Source of the DNA: an uncultured Nitrososphaerales archaeon
GTDB lineage: Archaea; Thermoproteota; Nitrososphaeria; Conexivisphaerales; DTJL01
Length of the DNA stretch: 64,000 bases
NCBI GenBank assembly: GCA_964475215.1
Contig: CAYYVT010000187.1
Location: 72,334-136,333 of the forward strand
Direction: 5' to 3'
The notes under the pieces are model-generated. The model did no database searches. It saw only the letters and a list, made by a program, of their open reading frames with translations, and was not told the origin of the DNA. Every line of letters starts with the position of its first letter. Within the stretch, counting starts at the first letter, position 1. Below, piece by piece: positions 53,889 through 61,599 of the stretch. The position numbers and the translations under genes were made by a program.

Positions 53889-55940
53889 GTGTTCCGCTCT
53901 CCAGTAGTCATGATGGGGTTCTCCGCCATGAGGGAGTCTGACAAGTTCCTTTCCGGGAAGGGGAGGTTCGTAGACGACGTCCGCCTAGAGGGGATGCTTC
54001 ACCTCAAGGTACTCCGAAGTCCATACGCGAGGGCGCGAATCGTGAAGCTGAGGGGTGGGATAACCGGATTCGAGCTCAAGGCCAACCTCGTCTCGGTGGG
54101 CGAAGGGGCGTGGGGAGGGCCCGTATCGGTTGCTTGCCCAGCCCTGCCTACAGATTACGTCAGCTACTGCGGCCAACCGGTGGCCGGGGTCCTTGGCAAG
54201 GATGCCTACGAAGCCGAGGACCTCCTTGAAGGGGTCGAGGTCGATTACGAGCCTCTCAAACCGCTCATAAACCCGGAGGAGGCAGCGACCTTCGAACCCA
54301 TACACCCAGGAGTCAAGTCGAACGTCGCCAGCTCCTTCCAGCTTGGCCAAGACTTCACCGACGACTCCCCCATCGTCCTCGAAGACGAGCTGACCAACGC
54401 GCGGATCTCGCCCAACCCCTTGGAGCCACGGGGCTGCGTCGCTTATTACGACGGCTCGAAGCTGACCGTCTGGGCTTCCACCCAGTCAGTCCATACATGG
54501 AAGGACGCGCTCGGTGGCGTTACTAACCTGCCGCCCGAGTCCGTAAGGATCGTCCAGATGGACACTGGGGGTGCCTTTGGGGCCAAGAGCTCGCTCTACC
54601 CCGAATACGCGATAGCATGCTACGCGTCAATGAAGGCCCGGAAGCCCGTCAAATGGCTTGAAACCAGGTCCGAGCACCTCCTCGCGACCAGCCAAGGGAG
54701 GGGGGTGAGGGGGAGGATGAGGATATTCTCCGACAGAGAGGGTCGGGTGAGCGGTTTAAAGGCTGACCTCTTGGTCGACACGGGGGCCTTTGCCTTTGGC
54801 ATGGGGTCTTCCGCGCCGCGATTTATCGGGTTCCTTCTCACCGGCCCCTATGCCATCAAGAGGGTCTACGTCAATTCATCATCGGTGTACACGAACAAGG
54901 TGCCCCTTGGGCCATACAGGGGGGCGGGAAGGCCCGAGGCAGCCTTCTTCATAGAGAGGATGATGGACCTCCTGGCAGACGAGGTCAAGCATGATCCACT
55001 GGAGGTCAGGCTCTTGAACGCTAGCCCAAAGCCCTTCACCTCTCCCTTGGGGCTAAGGGTTGATGCCCTGGAGCCGTTCCTACGCGCAGCCGCCGACCAG
55101 CTCGGATACAAGAGCATGGCCGGGCAGAGAGGCGTGGGTTTCTCCTGCTTCATTCTTCCCTCTGCCGTGCAGCCAGGCGACTCCGCCAGGGTCACCATCA
55201 AAGACGGCTCGGTGAGGATCTGGATAGGAGGTGGCCAGAGCGGGCAGCATCACATCGTAATCGCAAGGAGGGTGCTACACGACGAGTTGGGCATCCCTGA
55301 GGCAGCCGTGAAGCTCGAGCTCGGAGACACCAATGAGCTGGACGAGGGAGTGGGCTGCTGGGGAAGTAGGACGGCCATCGTGGCCGCTGGTGCGCTCTCC
55401 GAGGCGGCAGGAAAGATTCGTGACCAGGCCAAGGCGGCGGGCCTATCCTCAGCCGAGGACCTTCTGAAGCATGATTTCGACGTAACAGTGTTCCATAACA
55501 TGAACGAGTTCGTCATCTCCCTGGGGGCAAATTTGGTCAGGGCATCACTGGAAGAGACCGGGGAAGCGAAGGTGGAGGAGTGCCTAGCTTACTACGACAT
55601 AGGCAAGGTCCTCGACGAGGAGAACGTGGTGGCCCAGGTGGTGGGCGGCAGCGCCCAGGGCATCGGCCAGGCCCTATCGGAGGAATCGTGGTACGACAAG
55701 GACGGTCAGCTGATAACGGGGACCATCGCCGACACGGGCCTCCCAACGGCGACCTCCATCCCTCATGTCCTTGTCAAGCTCGCCCAGCATCCCCCCTCTG
55801 ACGGAGCCAGCGTCAAGGGCGTCGGAGAGGCAGCCACCGTAGGGGTACCTCCGGCCGTCGTCAGAGCTCTAGAAACGCTCTCTGGACGGAGGCTGAGAAG
55901 GACGCCAGTGCGGCCGGAGGAGCTCCTCCCTCACAGGTGA
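53889..55940 (+). CDS. Molybdopterin-binding large subunit (aldehyde oxidase/xanthine dehydrogenase family, CoxL form-II-like)
   Basis: 683 aa containing GKGRFVDDV, MDTGGAFGAKS, and the active-site loop GPYRGAGRPEA (an AYRGAGR-type loop, not VAYRCSFR). ATG 53910 is an alternative start. Confidence 0.88.
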   Translation: MFRSPVVMMGFSAMRESDKFLSGKGRFVDDVRLEGMLHLKVLRSPYARARIVKLRGGITGFELKANLVSVGEGAWGGPVSVACPALPTDYVSYCGQPVAGVLGKDAYEAEDLLEGVEVDYEPLKPLINPEEAATFEPIHPGVKSNVASSFQLGQDFTDDSPIVLEDELTNARISPNPLEPRGCVAYYDGSKLTVWASTQSVHTWKDALGGVTNLPPESVRIVQMDTGGAFGAKSSLYPEYAIACYASMKARKPVKWLETRSEHLLATSQGRGVRGRMRIFSDREGRVSGLKADLLVDTGAFAFGMGSSAPRFIGFLLTGPYAIKRVYVNSSSVYTNKVPLGPYRGAGRPEAAFFIERMMDLLADEVKHDPLEVRLLNASPKPFTSPLGLRVDALEPFLRAAADQLGYKSMAGQRGVGFSCFILPSAVQPGDSARVTIKDGSVRIWIGGGQSGQHHIVIARRVLHDELGIPEAAVKLELGDTNELDEGVGCWGSRTAIVAAGALSEAAGKIRDQAKAAGLSSAEDLLKHDFDVTVFHNMNEFVISLGANLVRASLEETGEAKVEECLAYYDIGKVLDEENVVAQVVGGSAQGIGQALSEESWYDKDGQLITGTIADTGLPTATSIPHVLVKLAQHPPSDGASVKGVGEAATVGVPPAVVRALETLSGRRLRRTPVRPEELLPHR

Positions 55941-56025
55941 ACTCTGCGGCCACGCAACTAGCTCTGCCCTGCGTTTATGCCCAACGTTTTTATTTTTCAC
56001 TTCCTCAGGTCCTTTTTGAACGATT

Positions 56026-56898
56026 TTGTCGGCCGACGTCTCCGTCGATCGCCTGAAGTCTCATGTTCTATCCCTTTCCTTCATACGCCATCCTGACGCC
56101 AACCCCAAGGGCCTAGAGACGGCAAGAATGACGATATGGAACAGGATGGTGGAGAGCGGCTGCTACATGGTTGACCAAAGCTGGAGGACAGGGAAGCTCG
56201 TCTTCCGCAACGTCCTAGGCGAGAAGGCTGCGGGGTTCAACTCGCCCCCCACCGTCGTGTTCATGGCCCATTATGATACCGTGGACAAATCCCCGGGAGC
56301 GGGGGACAACGCCAGCGGGCTTGCTGTCATGCTGGAGGCAAGTAGGCTCATCGGGGCCTCAGGCCTGCCCGTCCGAGTCTTCTTCGCTGCCCTTTCCATG
56401 AAGGAGACATGGGAGGGGACCAGCCTCAGGGGAGGCGAGGCGCTCTTGGCGAGCCTTAGATCGAGAGGAATCCCCGTCAACGCCGCCATCTGCCTCGATT
56501 CAGTTGGAGTTTCAGGCCAGATGAAGCAGGCCACCCCCGAAGGCCTGCCAGCACCACTCCCCACCAAGGGCGACTTCCTAGCCCTAGTGGGATGCGAAGA
56601 ATCAAAAGGGCTGGTGGATGCCTTCGCCAACTCATGCAAGGAGGCCGTCCCCTCACTGGCGACCTCCTCCATAGTCCTCCCTGGCAGAGGCGAATCCGCG
56701 CCAGATGCCTTCAGGGGGGACCAAGTGGTCTTCTGGGCCAACGGGTATCGGGCCCTCCTTCTCACCGACACAGGAGCCTTTCGCTATCCAAGTTACCATG
56801 CCGCCGGGGACACTCCCGACAGACTGAACTACAACTTCATGGCCGATGTCTGTCGGGGGATAGTAGCCTACGCAGGAAGCCTCTCCAACAAGGCTTAA
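56026..56898 (+). CDS. M28-family zinc aminopeptidase
   Basis: 290 aa with a TTG start. It has the metal-ligand motif VVFMAHYDTV...GAGDNASGLAVMLE. Confidence 0.8.
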   Translation: MSADVSVDRLKSHVLSLSFIRHPDANPKGLETARMTIWNRMVESGCYMVDQSWRTGKLVFRNVLGEKAAGFNSPPTVVFMAHYDTVDKSPGAGDNASGLAVMLEASRLIGASGLPVRVFFAALSMKETWEGTSLRGGEALLASLRSRGIPVNAAICLDSVGVSGQMKQATPEGLPAPLPTKGDFLALVGCEESKGLVDAFANSCKEAVPSLATSSIVLPGRGESAPDAFRGDQVVFWANGYRALLLTDTGAFRYPSYHAAGDTPDRLNYNFMADVCRGIVAYAGSLSNKA

Positions 56899-56925
56899 TG
56901 TCGGAAGTGGGTAGGCCTTCCTGAG

Positions 56926-57756
56926 TTGACCACGCTGGTTCAGCCCAGCCCAGCCCTTCTTCTAAGTGGCATCGGCATGATGCTCGTTGGCCTAGTACCT
57001 GTCATCTACTGGAGGCGGAGGACCGGTGTCTCCTGGAAGATTTTTGGGTTAGGCGCCGTTGCATGGCTGTCCACCGCCGTCCTCAAGGGTGCCGCGGATA
57101 TCTACGTCGAGCCTGCTCTGAGCGCAGCCGTCCAAGGGTCAGCGACTATGGTTACCGCACTAGTTTACGGGCTTTATGTAGGCTTGGAGACGGGCCTGTT
57201 CGAGACAGGGTTCACATGGATTTGGGCCCGACGTTTTCGCCTCTTCGAGGCATCCTTCGAAGATGCCGTGGGCTTCGGCTTGGGCTTTGCATGCGTAGAA
57301 GCTATGGCTCTGGGGTTCGACAGCTTCCTCGGAATCCTAGATATCCTGATGAATCCGGCCCTGCTCGGGACCCTAGCTCCATCGGTACAGCAGGCCCTAT
57401 CCATCCAATATTCAATGGGGCCGGCGTCAATCGGCGCACCCATCATCGAACGGGCTGCAAACCTCTTCATCGACTGCTTTGCCATAGTAATGGTCTTCAT
57501 GGCAATCAAGGGGGCCAAGGGGGTGTTCGTCCTTGCGGCCTTGTACGCGTCGCTGGCCGATTTTTCGATTCCGTTGCTGAGCGTCTATGTTTCAAGCAGC
57601 ACGCTGTTTGGAACCTATCTCCTGGAAACGCCGTACATTCTCTTGGGCTTGATCGGATGGCAGGGCCTCCTCAGGTCACGTATGGACCCGGTGTTTGCGG
57701 TCAGGCCCCAGCGGAGGAGCAAGCCCCACGCTCGCCAGAAAGGTCTCCAATCATGA
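56926..57756 (+). CDS. Polytopic membrane protein, YhfC (DUF2324)-like
   Basis: 276 aa with about 7 TM helices. VSWKIF follows TM1, and GLFETG and GFGLGFACVEAMALG resemble the YhfC elements (FEE.GR, G.GHGG.E) as I recall them. Low certainty. Confidence 0.45.
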   Translation: MTTLVQPSPALLLSGIGMMLVGLVPVIYWRRRTGVSWKIFGLGAVAWLSTAVLKGAADIYVEPALSAAVQGSATMVTALVYGLYVGLETGLFETGFTWIWARRFRLFEASFEDAVGFGLGFACVEAMALGFDSFLGILDILMNPALLGTLAPSVQQALSIQYSMGPASIGAPIIERAANLFIDCFAIVMVFMAIKGAKGVFVLAALYASLADFSIPLLSVYVSSSTLFGTYLLETPYILLGLIGWQGLLRSRMDPVFAVRPQRRSKPHARQKGLQS

Positions 57757-57774
57757 TTCCGGCGAGCTACGGAG

Positions 57775-58206
57775 TCATTCATTCCATCGGTTGACCAGGT
57801 AAGTTGCGGAGCCATGAGAGCCCCGCCTCTGGTCGGCCAGGATTTTCCCGCCTAGGACTGCGGGCCGCAAGTCCAACCCAATCGCTTCCTCCACGGAAAC
57901 TAAGGCTAAACCAGGACCCAAATCCTCCGGCCCTCTAATGGTGGGTGCGGACACGAGGAAGTAGATGCCGAGCTCACGTTCTCCCTCATCCTTGAAGGAT
58001 TCGATCACATAGGCCAGATCTCCCACAGCACACATGCATCCGGTGTCCTCCTTGAAGCCCTGCGAGGCGGCCATTTCCAGGGTTTCGTCATCCTCAAGAT
58101 ATTTCCCGGGGGGCAGATACCACTTCTTGGACCCTGATCCCGCCGCTTTTAGGAGCATCTTTCCTTGCCCTATCATCAGCCCTCCGGCATAGATTTTGGT
58201 CATCAA
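57775..58206 (-). CDS. Nudix-fold protein with a degenerate Nudix box
   Basis: 143 aa. PGKYLEDDETLEMAASQGFKEDTG aligns to GX5EX7REUXEEXGU, but the RE pair is replaced by QG. It lies 7 nt downstream of the gene at 58214-59296. Confidence 0.55.
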   Translation of the reverse strand: MMTKIYAGGLMIGQGKMLLKAAGSGSKKWYLPPGKYLEDDETLEMAASQGFKEDTGCMCAVGDLAYVIESFKDEGERELGIYFLVSAPTIRGPEDLGPGLALVSVEEAIGLDLRPAVLGGKILADQRRGSHGSATYLVNRWNE

Positions 58207-58213
58207 CGGGTAA

Positions 58214-59296
58214 TCACCTTGAGACCCCTTCGCGCCCGCCGCTAAGCTCGCTCAAGTACGCTATGATGGCCTCCTCGTCTTGGAAGACCCTTGTTGAGTA
58301 GTACTTGAAGAAGGGGGACTCCTGCCCCTTGAACACGGCGTAGACGTTCTTGTTGTTCGTGAAGCCATATGTCATCTCTGAGAGTACACCGGGGGACATC
58401 ACCGGCAGGAAGTAGTAGACGACTATCATGTCGCTTTGCTCTATGAGTTGATAGTCCCTCGCGACTATCTGATCGTCTACATCTTCGCTTACCTCCTCTG
58501 CCTCCTTCGCGTCGAAGGAGACGGTCGTCTTTCCCTTGGTGAATCTTACCCTGCTCTCGCCCTTGGCCCTTGCCTCGGACAGGAACTGCAAGAGCTCGGC
58601 ATCTCGAATTGAAATCGGGTCGAAGACGATCAATCCCACGCCGCGAAGGGCCTCCTTGAACGCGTCCTTCTTCTTGAGGCTCTCCTCGTCTCCGCCCGAG
58701 TGAGTCATCGGGTAGCTCAGGTAGGCCTTCGGCGCACGGGGGTAGTACAACAACCGGTAGAGCGTCTCCGGCGGTTCCTCTTGAGGGATCACGAGGAAGG
58801 GCCTCTTCTGGAAGTCCGCAACGGACTTCGTCACAAACACCTCTTCGTCCCGCCAGACCATTATGTCCTTCATCGACAGCTGGCCCCTCCACTGTGACAT
58901 ACCCTCCTGTCTGGCCCTGATTGAAGTGATTGAGTCGATTATGGAAACATAGACGTCGGGCCGGATCTGGTCGAGGTAATGAAAGTCGAAGGCCTGTATG
59001 ATGTGTTTCTTCCACCTGAAGCATGCGTGGGTGCTGATGATGATGTCGTCAAACTCTTCGGACTCTCTGATGATCTGCTCAAAAATCGTCGTCCGCAGAA
59101 AGCTCAGGGTGGAAGGCGATAGGTCAAGGATTTTGTCGGCCGGGATTTCGATCCCAAGCTTCTTGGCGGTTTCAAACATCATGTCCCCCGTCTGGAAGAC
59201 CCGGATCTTCCTTCCATCGGCCTTGGCCAGCTTCTCCACCCGAGCAAGGTACGATCCGCGACCGGCGCCGCTTATGCCCGTCGCTACGATCTTCAT
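58214..59296 (-). CDS. Fusion protein: archaeal-adenylate-kinase-like NTP-binding domain plus nucleoside 2-deoxyribosyltransferase-like domain
   Basis: The N-terminal P-loop is atypical (GISGAGRGS, with Arg in place of the Walker Lys). The segment STHACFRWKK...RPDVYVSIIDSITSIRARQ resembles archaeal adenylate kinase. The C-terminal AYLSYPMTH...SDMIVVYYF..SPGVLSEMTYGF..KNVYAV resembles the NDT/PF05014-like Rossmann pattern with a conserved Glu. Confidence 0.6.
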   Translation of the reverse strand: MKIVATGISGAGRGSYLARVEKLAKADGRKIRVFQTGDMMFETAKKLGIEIPADKILDLSPSTLSFLRTTIFEQIIRESEEFDDIIISTHACFRWKKHIIQAFDFHYLDQIRPDVYVSIIDSITSIRARQEGMSQWRGQLSMKDIMVWRDEEVFVTKSVADFQKRPFLVIPQEEPPETLYRLLYYPRAPKAYLSYPMTHSGGDEESLKKKDAFKEALRGVGLIVFDPISIRDAELLQFLSEARAKGESRVRFTKGKTTVSFDAKEAEEVSEDVDDQIVARDYQLIEQSDMIVVYYFLPVMSPGVLSEMTYGFTNNKNVYAVFKGQESPFFKYYSTRVFQDEEAIIAYLSELSGGREGVSR

Positions 59297-59411
59297 TCAT
59301 GTCCCCTATCTTCCTCACTTCTTTAAGTTATTACGTGGTCCCGAGCTCTTGGATGCTACAACCTTAAAAGCGCCGGCTCAAGTTGCCAGGGACAGGTAGC
59401 AGCTTCAGCGT

Positions 59412-59486
59412 GGGGCCGTGGGCTAGCTTGGTCACGCTACCAGCCTCGGGCGCTGGTGATCGGCGGTTCAAATCCGCCCGGCCCCA
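59412..59486 (+). tRNA. tRNA-Pro(CGG)
   Basis: Hand-folded cloverleaf:
- Acceptor stem GGGGCCG/CGGCCCC.
- D arm GGCU-AGCUUGGUCA-CGCU.
- Anticodon stem CCAGC/GCUGG with loop CUCGGGC.
- Variable loop UGAUC.
- T arm GGCGG-UUCAAAU-CCGCC.
- Discriminator A.
A T-run (ggttttt) follows about 40 nt downstream. Confidence 0.92.
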
Positions 59487-59561
59487 CCTACATTCAAGGT
59501 GGCCTACCGGTGGTAAAGGTTTTTAGACCCAGCCATAGCAAGTGATGTCAATAGTGGTTCT

Positions 59562-61598
59562 ATGAGCACCCAGGTCTCCATAAGAAGGGTGAAGACCATC
59601 TTCTCCGTCATCGCCTCCCCCAGCCGCCTTGAAATCTTGAAGATCCTCAACGCCAAGGGCCCGATGACATATTCGGAGCTCAAGACTCTGGCAGGCTTCA
59701 AGTCCAAGAAGGAATCTGGCAAGTTTGCGTACCACCTCCGGAAGCTGCTCAGGCAGAACCTAATCGCGCAGAACAGGGCCGAGCGCAAGTACATGCTAAC
59801 CACCCTCGGCCGCCTTGTCCTGAACGCTGCCAAGCAGATTGAGGAGCAGGCCCTTCTGGAAAGCGGCAGGCTCTTCGTGAGGAGCTCCCGCCACAGGATG
59901 GAGGAATTCACCACCGACAAAATCGTCCACTCGCTAGTCACAGAGGCTGGTATGCCGGTCGAGCTGGCACAGAGGGTTTCCAGCGAGGCCGAGTCAAGGA
60001 TTTACAAGTTCCAGACCGCCTACCTCACGGCCCCCCTGATCCGGGAGCTCGTCAATTCAATACTCATCGAAGAGGGGCTGGAAGAATACAGGCATCGGCT
60101 CAGCCGGCTGGGCATGCCCGTGTACGACGTGACAGAGAACCTGGAGAAGCTGGGAGAAGGCCCCTACGGGCTGGAAGCCGTCTTCAGCCAAACCGCCGGT
60201 TCCGTCCTGTCGGAGTACCTTATGCTCATACAGTTGCCGAGAGATGTCGTTGACTCCCACCTATCAGGCGACATCCACATAGCGAACGTCAACTACTGGG
60301 GGCTTCGTCCGGACGCGTTGTTCATCAACGTGGGAGACGAATCGCTCACGCTGGCCCGCCTGGGGGCGAAGTTCCCTCACACACCCAGGGAGGGATATGA
60401 AAACACCGACCAGCAGAAGCTCACCAAGCTGCTTTCCCTTAGCTACCTCCTGGCCCGCGAAGCCGGGAGGGAGGTCTATTTCGCCGGCTTTACCGAACTC
60501 GCCCAGAAGCTTGATTTCGACGCCAAGGGCTACTCCTCATTCTTCTACTTAATGGCCTATGCCTACCCAGAAGGGGCCGAACGTCCGAAGATTGAATTCG
60601 AGCTCGACGCTGCTAGGGTCGGAGGATCCTTCCTCAACTCTTTCCTGAGGGGGTATCTTGATTATGCCAGGGCAACCCCATCTCCATCCATTGGCCTTGC
60701 CATCATCAACTCCGAAAAGCTAGAGAAGTCCGCCTACAGGTCTCTGGCCGAAATCGCCCGCAACAATGGAATGCTTTCCATGGCTAGGGGAGCTGTTCGC
60801 CGGCGGACCTACCAGGGCCTGCGGGTTGACGACTTCAGGAAAGGAGGGCCCGTGGTCCTCGATTCGGTTTCCATAAACCTTCCTCGCATCGCCCTCGACG
60901 CCCACAACGATGATGTGTACTTTAGGGCTCGGGTAACTATGCAACTGGAGAATGCGGTCAATGCCCTAAGGGTCAGGCGTAGGCTCATACAGAACAACAT
61001 CAAGAATGGCCTCCTCCCAGCCTTGGCGGTGCTCAGCAACTTACTCTATTCAGAGTCACCGCTGTTGAGGGTCAATCTGACGGGGCTCGAAGACGCGCTC
61101 AAGCTCGTAAGCCCTGACTCGTCGACAAAGGAGCTGGGAGACCTTCAGATGAAGACCATTTCCTCCGCCAACCAGTATCTTGAGTCGGCCGGCAAGGAAG
61201 GGGATGAGAAGTTCTCATTGGTCCTCACCAGTGACGAGAGCTCCACCAGGTTTCCGCAGCTTGATGTAGAGAGGTTCGGCAGGGCCAAGATGAAGAGCAT
61301 GAACGTTTCGCAGTATAGCCAGGCCTTCGTGGTGGAGCCGAAGGACTTGGAGTTGGATGCTGCCGGAGCCCAATTGGCCGCTCTAGACGAGGAGATTGTA
61401 GGTGGCGTTCTAGCCCGGCTGACGTTGCCGGTCGCGGACCTGAACGAAGCGGCCAAGTTACTCGAAAGGGCGAACGCGAGGCTCCCCTTCTTCACAGTGA
61501 AGGCGTCCATCGCCCTCTGCAGGAAGTGTGGGAACAAGGAAGTAGCCGGGACGGAGCGCTGCGGCATCTGTGGAGGGGCCACAGCCCCAGTTCAGTAG
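59562..61598 (+). CDS. ArsR-type wHTH + ATP-cone + NrdD-like (class III RNR) pseudoenzyme domain + C-terminal zinc ribbon
   Basis: The protein is 678 aa, laid out as follows:
- Residues ~15-95: SPSRLEILKILNAKGPMTYSELK...KFAYHLRKLLRQNLI, an ArsR/HTH_20 pattern.
- Residues ~105-185: VRSSRHRMEEFTTDKIVHSL...IRELVNSILIEEGLEEYRHRL, an ATP-cone.
- Body: NrdD landmarks SGDIHIANVNY (compare G.IHIHDL) and DSVSINLPRIALDA.
- End: CRKCG-x10-CGICGG followed by 8 aa and the stop.
The only Cys residues in the whole protein are the four in the ribbon. Confidence 0.8.
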   Translation: MSTQVSIRRVKTIFSVIASPSRLEILKILNAKGPMTYSELKTLAGFKSKKESGKFAYHLRKLLRQNLIAQNRAERKYMLTTLGRLVLNAAKQIEEQALLESGRLFVRSSRHRMEEFTTDKIVHSLVTEAGMPVELAQRVSSEAESRIYKFQTAYLTAPLIRELVNSILIEEGLEEYRHRLSRLGMPVYDVTENLEKLGEGPYGLEAVFSQTAGSVLSEYLMLIQLPRDVVDSHLSGDIHIANVNYWGLRPDALFINVGDESLTLARLGAKFPHTPREGYENTDQQKLTKLLSLSYLLAREAGREVYFAGFTELAQKLDFDAKGYSSFFYLMAYAYPEGAERPKIEFELDAARVGGSFLNSFLRGYLDYARATPSPSIGLAIINSEKLEKSAYRSLAEIARNNGMLSMARGAVRRRTYQGLRVDDFRKGGPVVLDSVSINLPRIALDAHNDDVYFRARVTMQLENAVNALRVRRRLIQNNIKNGLLPALAVLSNLLYSESPLLRVNLTGLEDALKLVSPDSSTKELGDLQMKTISSANQYLESAGKEGDEKFSLVLTSDESSTRFPQLDVERFGRAKMKSMNVSQYSQAFVVEPKDLELDAAGAQLAALDEEIVGGVLARLTLPVADLNEAAKLLERANARLPFFTVKASIALCRKCGNKEVAGTERCGICGGATAPVQ

Positions 61599-61599
61599 A

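Noticed and set aside
53889-55940. Annotating the molybdoenzyme as aerobic carbon monoxide dehydrogenase (CoxL form I)
   Set aside because: The active-site loop is PYRGAGR (form-II/Xdh-like), not VAYRCSFR. No CO-specific claim can be supported.
58242-59024. 260-aa alternative-frame ORF on the minus strand (R/G/P-rich) inside 58214-59296; a similar 243-aa ORF at 57063-57794 lies inside the YhfC-like gene
   Set aside because: Both are out-of-frame shadows of longer genes with recognisable domains. Extreme Arg/Gly/Pro content is typical of GC-rich off-frames.
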